A stretch of 64,000 bases of DNA from contig CATNEN010000007.1 of the NCBI GenBank assembly GCA_950097015.1, positions 5,580,001 to 5,644,000 of the forward strand, written 5' to 3'. The notes under the pieces are model-generated. The model saw only the letters and a program-made list of their open reading frames with translations. It ran no database searches and was not told the origin of the DNA. How positions within the stretch are numbered: the stretch's first letter is position 1; every line of letters starts with the position of its first letter. Below are positions 63,773 through 64,000 of this stretch, piece by piece. Position numbers and translations under genes: made by a program. This DNA comes from Macrostomum hystrix (Eukaryota > Animalia > Platyhelminthes).

Positions 63773-64000
63773 CATCAATAAACTGATTCTGAATAACATT
63801 GAAAAAGGAATAATTAATTATATTGAAAACAACTACAATCTGTCGACCCAGCACTTATGTACACAGTCGATAACAAAACGTAACGGTCTGATAGATAGAT
63901 GGATAGATCTGATAGATAGATAAATGGATAGATCGATGTAATGGGCGCAGGCAAACGCAATATTGATACGCAATATCTATAAAAACCGCGATTTAAAAAT

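Overview
Eukaryotic, intron-containing animal DNA that is very rich in minisatellites. The style (GC-rich exons, minisatellite-filled introns, splice acceptors directly before start codons) suggests a free-living flatworm such as Macrostomum; this is inference only. All recognisable genes are on the minus strand. From right to left: (1) a 6-exon PLAT+lipoxygenase-like gene that has lost iron ligands, has an N-myristoylation-type N-terminus, and hosts two copies of a dual-guide box H/ACA snoRNA in its last intron; (2) an exon with three C2H2 fingers and polyQ whose splice phase matches a TALE-homeodomain exon 9 kb downstream; (3) a tandem duplicate pair of intronless secreted-peptide genes encoding an NPY/NPF-shaped peptide with two Cys and a predicted WW-amide end; (4) RFC5 followed closely by (5) MFSD1, possibly an operon. 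Mobile DNA includes a decayed MULE transposon, a LINE 3' fragment, two tRNA-derived SINE families and a MITE with an 8-bp TSD. Most long low-complexity ORFs in the track are minisatellite artefacts. Exon boundaries were read by eye from GT/AG sites and frame continuity; no searches were run.
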